DNA of 64,000 bases from an uncultured Nitrospirales bacterium (GTDB lineage Bacteria; Nitrospirota; Nitrospiria; Nitrospirales; NS-4), in contig CAZSUT010000001.1 of NCBI GenBank assembly GCA_964610095.1, forward strand, positions 626-64,625, in the 5' to 3' direction. This document shows positions 56,812 to 64,000 of the stretch, one piece after another. The notes under the pieces were generated by a model. It did no database searches. It worked only from the letters and a program-made list of their open reading frames with translations, and was not told where the DNA came from. The position numbers were made by a program, and so were the translations under genes. The stretch's first letter is position 1; every line of letters begins with the position of its first letter.

Positions 56812-57402
56812 CTAGATGTCTTTGAACACCTGCTCGTAGAGCAGCAGGGCGAGCAGATCGTAGCCGGCTTTCGTAAGGTGCAGCCCGTCGTTCGAGTACG
56901 GGGCCGCCAGCCGGTGGGTATCCGGCTCGGCTGTCGCGGTGAAGAGATCGACGCAGGGCAGGTTCCTGCGGGCGCAATAATCGGCGATCAGCACGTTCAG
57001 CTCGGGCCGCCGCGGAATATGGTCGTCGAGTCCGCGGATGGATGGCACCGTCACCGCTGCCACCCTGATGCCGGCCTTGGCGGCCCGCTCGTACATCGCA
57101 GCGAGATTGCGCATGATCTCCGCCGGCTGGAGGTTGCAGCCCAGATCGTTGGTCCCTCCGAGGATGACCGCCCAGGCAGGCCGGTGACGCACCACGTCGC
57201 GCTCGAAGCGTTCGACCATTTCCGCCGTCAGCTCTCCGCAGACTCCGCTGATCCGGACGCGCGCGCGATCCCCGAGCCGCTCCGCCAGGGAACGGCCGTA
57301 GGGCGTCTCCTGGTAGTCGGGGCATTCAGCGGTCGGAGATTGGAACCCGGCGGTAAGGCTGTCGCCGAAGCAAATGAGGAGGGGAAGCGTGGGGGCGGGC
57401 AC
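56812..57402 (-). CDS. SGNH/GDSL hydrolase family protein
   Basis: 196 aa. CFGDSLTAGF block I, ILGGTNDLG block III, and a C-terminal DGLHLT block V. Confidence 0.85.
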   Translation of the reverse strand: MPAPTLPLLICFGDSLTAGFQSPTAECPDYQETPYGRSLAERLGDRARVRISGVCGELTAEMVERFERDVVRHRPAWAVILGGTNDLGCNLQPAEIMRNLAAMYERAAKAGIRVAAVTVPSIRGLDDHIPRRPELNVLIADYCARRNLPCVDLFTATAEPDTHRLAAPYSNDGLHLTKAGYDLLALLLYEQVFKDI

Positions 57403-57412
57403 GCGGCCGGAG

Positions 57413-57826
57413 CTACTTGGTCTTCTCGTCGCTGCCCTCTAAGGAAGCAGTCCCGACCTGGGCGGTCACGACACCGGCGAAATTCACCTGGATACTCATT
57501 TTATAGTCGGAGTCCTCATCCAGGGTTCCGACTTGCCGCTCCACGGGCTCCGACCCGTATCTGAACTTGATGATGACGGCGGTGGTATCGCTGAGACGGG
57601 GCGTCTTGAGGTTCTTGGCCGCGTCCTTCCTGATGGTCCCCAGCGGGTGCGGCACCGACCAGACGACCAGCGTCACATCCGAAAGGTCCTGGCCCGAGTT
57701 GTTCTGCACGGTGATCATCGTATCGGTCGTTTTCCAGAACTGGAACCGCGGTGGGATATTGCTCCGACCCACCCACACAAAGAACACCAACAGCGCGAAA
57801 ATCAGGTACTCTTTCTTCATTGGCAT
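57413..57826 (-). CDS. Hypothetical secreted/anchored protein
   Basis: 137 aa. N-terminal hydrophobic helix MKKEYLIFALLVFFVWVG. No known domain. Confidence 0.5.
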   Translation of the reverse strand: MPMKKEYLIFALLVFFVWVGRSNIPPRFQFWKTTDTMITVQNNSGQDLSDVTLVVWSVPHPLGTIRKDAAKNLKTPRLSDTTAVIIKFRYGSEPVERQVGTLDEDSDYKMSIQVNFAGVVTAQVGTASLEGSDEKTK

Positions 57827-57866
57827 ACCCTTTCGCTACAGGGCAACGTAGTGCTACAGGCTTCAC

Positions 57867-57894
57867 AGTATACAGAGTTACGGGACAGGGTCAA
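57867..57894 (-). promoter_or_regulatory. Putative sigma70 promoter
   Basis: Minus strand reads TTGACC (57894-57889) - 16 nt - TATACT (57872-57867), upstream of the 57826 start. Confidence 0.45.
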
Positions 57895-57914
57895 CCTTCA
57901 GATGAATTCGAGGC

Positions 57915-58880
57915 TCACGGTTCTCGGTACCGGCGCACGAGGGGATTCAGCTCGCGGGCTCTTTTGATCAAGGCCTCCCCTGCCTCCTGCTGGCCCAGAA
58001 ACATGAGACACGCCCCTTTCAGGGCGTAGCCTTCAGCCCCGTCCGGAACTTGGCTCAGGTACGCGTCGGTGTAGGCGATCGCCGTCGGGAAGTCCTGGTC
58101 CAGAAAGGCCACCTCGGCCTGTGCGAAGTCCACCCACCGCCGCAGGAGCACGGCCTCCGCTCCTCCCACGCCGCGATCCAGGAGTTGCCGGACCGTGGCA
58201 AACCTGCTCCGCGCCCGGTCACGGCGCCCGTTATAGTACAGATCCAGGCGGGCCTGGAGGTAATGGGCGCGGAGGTTGTCCCGTTCCAGCGCGAGTGCGC
58301 GCGCGATGAACGAACGGGCCTTGTCAACATCCCCGTAGGCCAGCGGCGGCAGGTAGGGTGCCGCCATGTAGTACTCGGCCTGTCCGAGCAACGCCCCAAC
58401 ATGCTCCGGCGCCTGCGCCAGGACTTGCTCGTACAGATCCAGCGCAGCCATGATCGCGCGCCGGCTCTTGATCACACCGTCCAGAATGGAGTGCCGGTAG
58501 TACCACGCCAGGGCAGCCTTCAAGGAGTAAGCGCGAGCGCTCCAGTACAGGCAATCGAGTCGCTGTGGGGGCACGCTCTGATCCCGGCCCTCGAGAGCCA
58601 GGCACGCGTCGAACATCGACAGCGCTCGATCGGGATCATAGAGTAGGAAGTGGGCTAGCCCGAGGAGGTAGGGTGTCTCGCTGTCAGTGGGCAGGTCCGC
58701 CCACATGCCTTCGAGATGACGTAGGGCCAGGCCGGGATCTTTCCGGTCGAAGAGCGCGCTCCGCGCCGCTTGGACGGCCTCTTGATGAGGCTTCGTGTGG
58801 TGCGCATCGACCGACGTGGCCGGGCCGAGAGCCCCACACAAAAGCCACGCGCACGATGCGGAGACCGCCCGCGCCATCAT
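57915..58880 (-). CDS. Secreted TPR-repeat protein
   Basis: Start re-called to MMARAVSASCAWLLCGALG (signal peptide). Several A/Y/L-rich TPR-like helical repeats. Confidence 0.65.
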   Translation of the reverse strand: MMARAVSASCAWLLCGALGPATSVDAHHTKPHQEAVQAARSALFDRKDPGLALRHLEGMWADLPTDSETPYLLGLAHFLLYDPDRALSMFDACLALEGRDQSVPPQRLDCLYWSARAYSLKAALAWYYRHSILDGVIKSRRAIMAALDLYEQVLAQAPEHVGALLGQAEYYMAAPYLPPLAYGDVDKARSFIARALALERDNLRAHYLQARLDLYYNGRRDRARSRFATVRQLLDRGVGGAEAVLLRRWVDFAQAEVAFLDQDFPTAIAYTDAYLSQVPDGAEGYALKGACLMFLGQQEAGEALIKRARELNPLVRRYREP

Positions 58881-58893
58881 GGGGCAACCGCGC

Positions 58894-59223
58894 TCAGTAC
58901 TTGTCATAGGTCTTGATGCGCCCGTCACCGCAATCGATTTCCATGACCACGTCGTCGCGCACGTTCACGACCGCCCGGATGGGCTTCTCGGCAAGGAGCG
59001 GGCTGGTAAACGTGAGGACCACGCGCGTCTTGGCCTGGTTGGCCTTGATGGTGGTCGGCGCGCCCAGGACCTGAACGAGGTCCGCCCGCTGACCGCCCGG
59101 CTCCAGGACTCCACAGGCCTTGAGATTGACCTCGCCCTGCTGGTGCGTTCGCCAGACCCACGCGCCAGCCAGCGCGACCACGCACGCGAGCCCCAGGACC
59201 AGCCCACCCCGACGGCGCGTCAC
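58894..59223 (-). CDS. Hypothetical membrane-anchored small protein
   Basis: GTG at 59223 gives MTRRRGGLVLGLACVVALAGAWVW, a signal anchor. The ORF-track start 59379 would overlap the OPT gene. Confidence 0.45.
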   Translation of the reverse strand: MTRRRGGLVLGLACVVALAGAWVWRTHQQGEVNLKACGVLEPGGQRADLVQVLGAPTTIKANQAKTRVVLTFTSPLLAEKPIRAVVNVRDDVVMEIDCGDGRIKTYDKY

Positions 59224-59302
59224 TGACAGGACACCTGCTCCCACAGCTGTAACGACCACTCGATCATGTCCGCCAGATGGTACAGGAGTAAGAAGCTTGT
59301 CA

Positions 59303-61255
59303 TCAACGACTCCGTGCGGTCGCCGTTCGGTGCAACAGCACGGCAACCGCCGCCAGCACGACCAGTCCCGGCCATCCACCCAGCGGTGGTGTCTCGAAGA
59401 GCTGGAAGGGATCCGCGCCCAGCGTCGGCCAGAGCCCGCTCAGGGCGATCGGCACTGCCAGCAGGATTCCCATGAGCGCTTCGCCGGTCACGAGACCGGC
59501 GGCGAACAGGAGACCTCGCGAACTCCCTGCCGCCGCGGGCTCGCCTGCTCTTCGCTTCGCCAACGCGCCGACCAAGCCGCCGGCCAGAATCGCCGCGGAG
59601 AGCTTCAACGGTAGATACATACCCAAGGCGACCGCGAGTACCGGCATCCGGAAGTCAGAGCCGCGCGCCGCCAGCCGCCGGTCCACCAGAATGATGGCGA
59701 TGCCGATGGCCGCGCCCAAGCCGACCAACTCCCACGGGAGCGTACCCCCGAACACGCCGCGCGCCAGGCTGGCCATGAGCATGGCCTGCGGCGCGCTCAA
59801 GGGATGGGGATGATTCACTGTCACCTCGCCGATACCATACTTGGCCTGCAGCAGGACCAGCACCGGCACGATCACTACCGCGGCAGTCGCCACCCCGACC
59901 ACTTGCATGATTTGCTGCTTCCACGGCGTGGATCCCACGATGTAACCCGTCTTGAGGTCTTGCAGGTTGTCCCCACCCATCGCCGCCGCGCAACACACGA
60001 CCGCGCCGATCAGGAGCGCTGCCGCCGGCCCGGCCGGATGGCCGCCCCCCATCACCGGCACCAGCACCAAGGCCGCCAGCCCGATCGTCGCGATCGTCAC
60101 CCCGGACACGGGATTGCTTGAGCTGCCCACGAGTCCCGCCATGTAGGCGGCCACGGCGGAAAAGAGAAACGCCGCGCCGGCCATGAGCACCGTCATCACC
60201 AGAGCGACGCCGCCGTCCCGCACGACCGTGTGATAAATGAGCGCCATCGGCACCAGCACCAGCCCGAACGGCACCAGCACCCAGAGCAGCGGCGCATCAT
60301 AGTCCGTCCGGAGGATGACGTCCTTCTGCAGACGCCCCCCGGTCGAGGCGTCGCGATAGGCAGCGACCGACTGCCGCACCCCTTCGAGCAAGGGCCCGCG
60401 AAGCTGGACGAGGGTCCAGAGCCCGCCGACGAGCATGGCGCCGATGCCGACGTACCGGATGCGGGTGCTGCCGATGGACTAAGCTGCCTCGATCGCGGCC
60501 ACATTGCCCGGGGCACCCGCCCATGCTCCGTACAATGGCAACAGCACAAGCCAGCCCAGCGCCCCACCCAGAAACACCACGCTGGCCGTGTTCGGGCCGA
60601 TGATGAAACCAACCGCGAGCAAGGCCGGCGAGAGGTTGATGCCGCCATAGACAACAGATCGTCCCACGCGCGCGGCGCCCTCCAGGGCCTCCGCCCAGAG
60701 CCGCAAGCCGCTCTCGCCCAGCTTGACGAGCCCGCCGATGATCGCCGCGGAAAGCAGCGTGCGAAAGCCGGCCACCGCCGTCCCCCCGCACGATCCGACC
60801 TTGAGGACTTCGGCCGTCGCGATCCCTTCTGGGTACCGAAGTCGCTGGGTCACGATCAGGACGCGCCGAAAGGGAATCGTGAACAGCACGCCCAGGAGCC
60901 CCCCCGCCGTGGCGATGGCCGCAGTCTGGCCGTAGTCGAAGCTCGTCCAGTAGCCGATGAGCAGGAGGGCAGGGATGGTGAAGATCACGCCGGCGGCGAG
61001 GGCTTCGCCGGAGGACGCGGCGGTCTGCACGATGTTGTTCTCGAGGATGTTCGACTTACGAAAGAGGCGGAGCACCGCCATCGAGACCACCGCCGCCGGG
61101 ATAGACGCCGACACCGTCATCCCGGCAAACAGGCCAAGGTAGGCGTTGGCCCCGGCCAGTACGGCGGCGAGCACGACCGAGAGGATCACGGCTTTGGGCG
61201 TGATCTCCGGAAGGACAACCTCCGGCGGAATGACTGGGCCCGGATCAGAACTCAT
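59303..61255 (-). pseudogene. OPT-family oligopeptide transporter interrupted by one in-frame TAG
   Basis: ORFs 60479..61255 and 59303..60436 are in the same frame. Translation across the junction reads ...NVAAIEAA*SIGSTRIRYVGIGAMLVGGLWTL. The TAG is at 60479-60481. Apart from that stop it is a continuous 650-codon polytopic protein (651 codons with the terminal stop). Confidence 0.8.
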
Positions 61256-61623
61256 CCCTTCTCGATCGGATACCCCGCCTCGCGCCAGGCCCGGATGCCT
61301 CCGTCCATCGAAGAGACGTCGGTATAGCCCATCTTCCGGAGATTGTCGGCGGCCAGCGCGGACCGGAATCCCCCGCCGCAGTACAGGACGATTTCGGCAT
61401 GCTTGTCCGGGATCACGGTTTCGATGTCCCGTTCGAGGATACCGCGCCCTAGATGCACGGCGCTCTTGGCATGGTCGGTCGCGAACTCGTTGTCCTCACG
61501 CACGTCGATGAAGTGGAACCGCTCGCCACGGTCCAGCTTGGCCTTCACCTCGGAGACTGTGCATTCTTTGATGTGCTTCTTCGCTACTTCGACCAGTTTC
61601 AGAAACCCCGGATTGTGCTTCAT
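61252..61623 (-). CDS. Rhodanese-domain sulfurtransferase
   Basis: 123 aa. LYCGGGFRS active-site loop. The stop overlaps the OPT start (ATGA). Confidence 0.85.
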   Translation of the reverse strand: MKHNPGFLKLVEVAKKHIKECTVSEVKAKLDRGERFHFIDVREDNEFATDHAKSAVHLGRGILERDIETVIPDKHAEIVLYCGGGFRSALAADNLRKMGYTDVSSMDGGIRAWREAGYPIEKG

Positions 61624-61702
61624 CGTTCCCTCACGTCTTCAATACCACAAATCCATTTGAACGTTGAGCTTACCCGAACATTCGGCGGAAGGCAAAATGG
61701 GC

Positions 61703-61732
61703 TTGTCAATCATCGGACGGTTCGGGTAGACT
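61703..61732 (+). promoter_or_regulatory. Putative sigma70 promoter
   Basis: TTGTCA (61703-61708) - 18 nt - TAGACT (61727-61732). A GAGGAGG SD precedes ATG 61758. Confidence 0.4.
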
Positions 61733-61757
61733 GACGCGGTTTTTCGAGGAGGACCGC

Positions 61758-62108
61758 ATGGCGACACACAAGATCACACTGACCAGGTACGGGATCGCCG
61801 AGGTGCTCAAGTGGTGCATCGAGCGCAATCACAAAAACATTCCCGGAACGGACAGTGCCGCGTTTCGACGGTTGCAGGAGGAACTGAAGAAGAAGCCAGA
61901 CACAGCGGATTACTTCACCCTCCACCAGTTCTGGAAAGAGCCGGTGACCATCGAGTTCACGGACGAAGAGATCCACACCGTGGACCCCGGTCTGGACGAC
62001 AACCCCACCGCCGAGAACAACCAGAACCCCCCGATCCGCTACCGCTTCTGGGTTGCCACGGAGAACGCCAAGGAAGAGGAAACGCAGATGGAGAAGAAAG
62101 GGCATTGA
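61758..62108 (+). CDS. Hypothetical protein
   Basis: 116 aa with a good SD. No recognisable domain. The stop overlaps the next start (TGATG). Confidence 0.55.
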   Translation: MATHKITLTRYGIAEVLKWCIERNHKNIPGTDSAAFRRLQEELKKKPDTADYFTLHQFWKEPVTIEFTDEEIHTVDPGLDDNPTAENNQNPPIRYRFWVATENAKEEETQMEKKGH

Positions 62109-62476
62109 TGCTGCTCCCTGCCGCGGTCGCACTCGCCCTGTGCTTGACTGTACCCCCCATAGCGGCTGCCGCCGATACACCGGCCCCCAAAGTGCCCCCC
62201 GCCTTCGTCAAGGGAGAGGCCCTGTTCAATGCCAACTGCTCCGTGTGTCATGGCGTCTGGGCACGAGGCACCAAGCAGGGGCCGCCGTTTCTCGACAAGA
62301 TCTACGAGCCTAATCACCACGCGGACACCGCCTTTTACCGCGCCGCAGAACTGGGAGTGCGTGCCCATCATTGGACGTTCGGCGACATGCCGAAGATTCC
62401 GGGCATCACCCGGGACGACCTCACCCAGATCATCGCGTACATCCGGTGGCTTCAACAGCAGGCCGGCATCTTCTAG
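62108..62476 (+). CDS. Monoheme c-type cytochrome (class I-like)
   Basis: 122 aa. Signal peptide MLLPAAVALALCLTVPPIAAAA, CSVCH heme-binding motif, and a distal Met in FGDMPKIPG. Confidence 0.8.
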   Translation: MLLPAAVALALCLTVPPIAAAADTPAPKVPPAFVKGEALFNANCSVCHGVWARGTKQGPPFLDKIYEPNHHADTAFYRAAELGVRAHHWTFGDMPKIPGITRDDLTQIIAYIRWLQQQAGIF

Positions 62477-62505
62477 CAGCGCGCCGCGTCTACGCCCGTC
62501 ACGGG

Positions 62506-63204
62506 GTGCCCCCTCCGTCCGCTTTCACCCGCAAAGAATGGGCGGTGATCCAGAAGCACAGGACCCCGCAGCACGTTCAACGCTTCATTGATTCCCTCCC
62601 CTATAACTGGGAAAAACCCAAGGAGACGCTCCGCTCGTTCCGGGGCGTGATCGCCATCGGGACTGCCCATTGTCTGGAAGCGGCCATTACGGCCGCAGTG
62701 CTCCTGGAGCAGCGCGGCTATCCCCCGCTCATGCTGAGCCTCGAGTCGGCAGACAAGCTTGACCACGTCCTGTATCTTTTCAAGCAGAACGGGCGCTGGG
62801 GGACCATCGCCCGCTCGCGCGAGGCCGGCCTGCACGGGCGTCAGCCGGTCTTCCGGACAGTCCGTGACCTCGTGCTCACATACGTGGAGCCCTACGTCGA
62901 CTTCACCGGCCGGCTGACCGGGTACGGCGTGGGGAACCTGTATGAACTCGGCGACTACGACTGGCGGTTCTCACCGAGGAACGTCTGGAAGGTCGAACAG
63001 TATCTCCTCAAGATGCCGCACAAGAAGTATCACATGTCGAAGCGGCGCTATGAGCAGGTGTTGCGCGACTACAAGGCTTTCCGCGGCGCCGATCCAGACG
63101 CGCCCGTCAATTACTACGACAGCCGCCCCACCTGGATGGGCAATCCCAACTTCCCCTCACCGCCGATCCCGAAGAAGCTGTTGCAGGAGATCAGGTCCTC
63201 TTGA
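62506..63204 (+). CDS. Hypothetical protein with a possible papain/transglutaminase-like Cys-His signature
   Basis: GTG at 62506 is the first start after the cytochrome stop. GTAHCLEAA and LDHVLYLF could be catalytic Cys and His. This is a low-confidence fold guess. Confidence 0.45.
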   Translation: MPPPSAFTRKEWAVIQKHRTPQHVQRFIDSLPYNWEKPKETLRSFRGVIAIGTAHCLEAAITAAVLLEQRGYPPLMLSLESADKLDHVLYLFKQNGRWGTIARSREAGLHGRQPVFRTVRDLVLTYVEPYVDFTGRLTGYGVGNLYELGDYDWRFSPRNVWKVEQYLLKMPHKKYHMSKRRYEQVLRDYKAFRGADPDAPVNYYDSRPTWMGNPNFPSPPIPKKLLQEIRSS

Positions 63205-63211
63205 GCAGCTT

Positions 63212-63238
63212 GTCGTCCTGAGCGCATCGCCGATTCTC
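63212..63238. repeat. Degenerate partial copy of the 56.7-kb repeat element
   Basis: GTCGTCCTGAGCGCATCGCCGATTCTC versus GTCATCCTGAGCGGAGCGAAGGATCTC: 20 of 27 nt identical, plus a shared 5' GCTTGTC. Confidence 0.5.
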
Positions 63239-63356
63239 TTTTCTGACATCCTTTGACAGGTTTCATCAAACGACATCCGGCCTTGGCATCGCACTTGCTT
63301 GCCTTCTGTGGTAACGTAGTCGCGAACACCATCGATTGACAGGTAACAGTACTGCG

Positions 63357-64000
63357 GTGAGAGACAAAAGATTCCCAGCCATCTTGGGCGCCTGCGTTCT
63401 GTTGTTCATGGTCTCGGAAGTCCCCGCGCAGAATGTGTTGTTGTCGGAGTGGCACGTGGACAGCGGCAAGCGAGCCGTGAAGGAACGCAACTTTGGTGAA
63501 GCGGAACAGCATTATGTTGCTGCCCTCAAGGAGGCGGCCGGCGCTCCGGGCACTCGTGTGACCGCTAGTATTGCCTCACTGGCAGAGCTGTACCTCGCAG
63601 AAAGGAAGCCCCAGGCGTCGGAGCGCCTCTTCAGGCAGGCGCTCGCCGTCCAGGAGCGAATGTTGGGTCGGGAGCATCCGGCCGTCGCCGAGACCCTAAA
63701 GAGCTGGGCAACCCTGAATGCCGATCACGGGCAGGACGAGGCGGCAGAGCGTCTCTACAGGCAGGCGCTCGCCATCCAGGAGAAAACTCTGGGGCTTGAA
63801 CATCCGGATGTGGCCGATACCCTGAACAATTTAGCTCTCCTGTACAAGAACCAGAGGAAGTACGACATGGCTGAACGCCTGTACGCGAGGGCGATCGCCA
63901 TTCAAGAAAAGGCGCTGGGGCCCGAGCATCTGGACATGGCCGATACCCTGAACAACCTGGCAGTCCTCTACAAGACCCAAAAGCGGTACGCAGAGGCAGA
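63357..64000 (+). CDS. Secreted TPR protein (TPR_10/12, kinesin-light-chain-like repeats), 3'-truncated by window edge
   Basis: Not in ORF track. My translation from GTG 63357 reads VRDKRFPAILGACVLLFMVSEVPAQN... followed by repeats AERLYRQALAIQEKTLGLEHPDVADTLNNLALLYKNQRKY. The frame stays open to the window end. Confidence 0.75.
   Translation, partial: MRDKRFPAILGACVLLFMVSEVPAQNVLLSEWHVDSGKRAVKERNFGEAEQHYVAALKEAAGAPGTRVTASIASLAELYLAERKPQASERLFRQALAVQERMLGREHPAVAETLKSWATLNADHGQDEAAERLYRQALAIQEKTLGLEHPDVADTLNNLALLYKNQRKYDMAERLYARAIAIQEKALGPEHLDMADTLNNLAVLYKTQKRYAEA

Noticed and set aside
56612-57325. 237-aa minus-strand ORF reading through the repeat element and the GDSL gene in another frame
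   Set aside because: It is a translation artefact. It overlaps the well-supported GDSL hydrolase frame, and its C-terminal part is simply the REP-like repeat read as protein.
60479-60481. In-frame TAG in the OPT gene as pyrrolysine or other programmed recoding
   Set aside because: There are no pyl genes and no obvious downstream recoding structure in the window, and such recoding is not expected in this kind of bacterium. A nonsense mutation or sequence error is more parsimonious. It is still reported as a finding to be checked.

Overview
High-GC chromosomal window from a diderm bacterium. Gene content and order remind me of Nitrospirota, but I cannot verify that here. There are three blocks. 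(1) nt 1-17.7 kb is a 16-gene surface-polysaccharide locus, all on the minus strand and tightly overlapping. It holds 3x GT2, GT4, GT9, a GT-C enzyme, four SAM methyltransferases, a Wzx-like flippase, a Wzy/O-antigen-ligase-like protein, Wzc and Wza. An ExeA-like AAA+ ATPase and an HD-GYP protein head the locus, behind a near-consensus promoter that sits on the comEC stop codon. (2) 17.7-34 kb is a minus-strand housekeeping array: comEC, glmM, folP, ftsH, hpt, tilS, ribF, hemB, CBS, cobA/hemD, hemC, a small Zn-ribbon membrane ORF, hemA and a HemX/CcsA-like gene. (3) 34-64 kb is mixed. It carries rsmI, tRNA-Leu(CAA), yggX, two tandem bifunctional-nuclease (DUF151) paralogs, rplM-rpsI, argCJ, rpsB-tsf-pyrH-frr-alr, mlaEFD and sirC. 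It also carries an HNH endonuclease, a Rieske/DUF3105 pair, moaB, PhzF, a small-ORF/nucleotidyltransferase pair, a GDSL hydrolase, TPR proteins, rhodanese and a cytochrome c. An OPT transporter here is interrupted by a single in-frame TAG. I saw no CRISPR array, transposase, integrase or phage genes. The best novelty candidates, none proven, are: the HD-GYP/ATPase-headed, methyltransferase-rich glycan locus with its GT2/MTase/GT-C module; the tandem nuclease paralogs; the translationally coupled small-protein/NTase pair; the Zn-ribbon ORF inside the hem operon; the amber-interrupted OPT gene; and a REP-like inverted-repeat element with a second degenerate copy. Many ORF-track entries are antisense artefacts of high GC or over-extended N-termini. 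I re-called starts where the sequence supported it.
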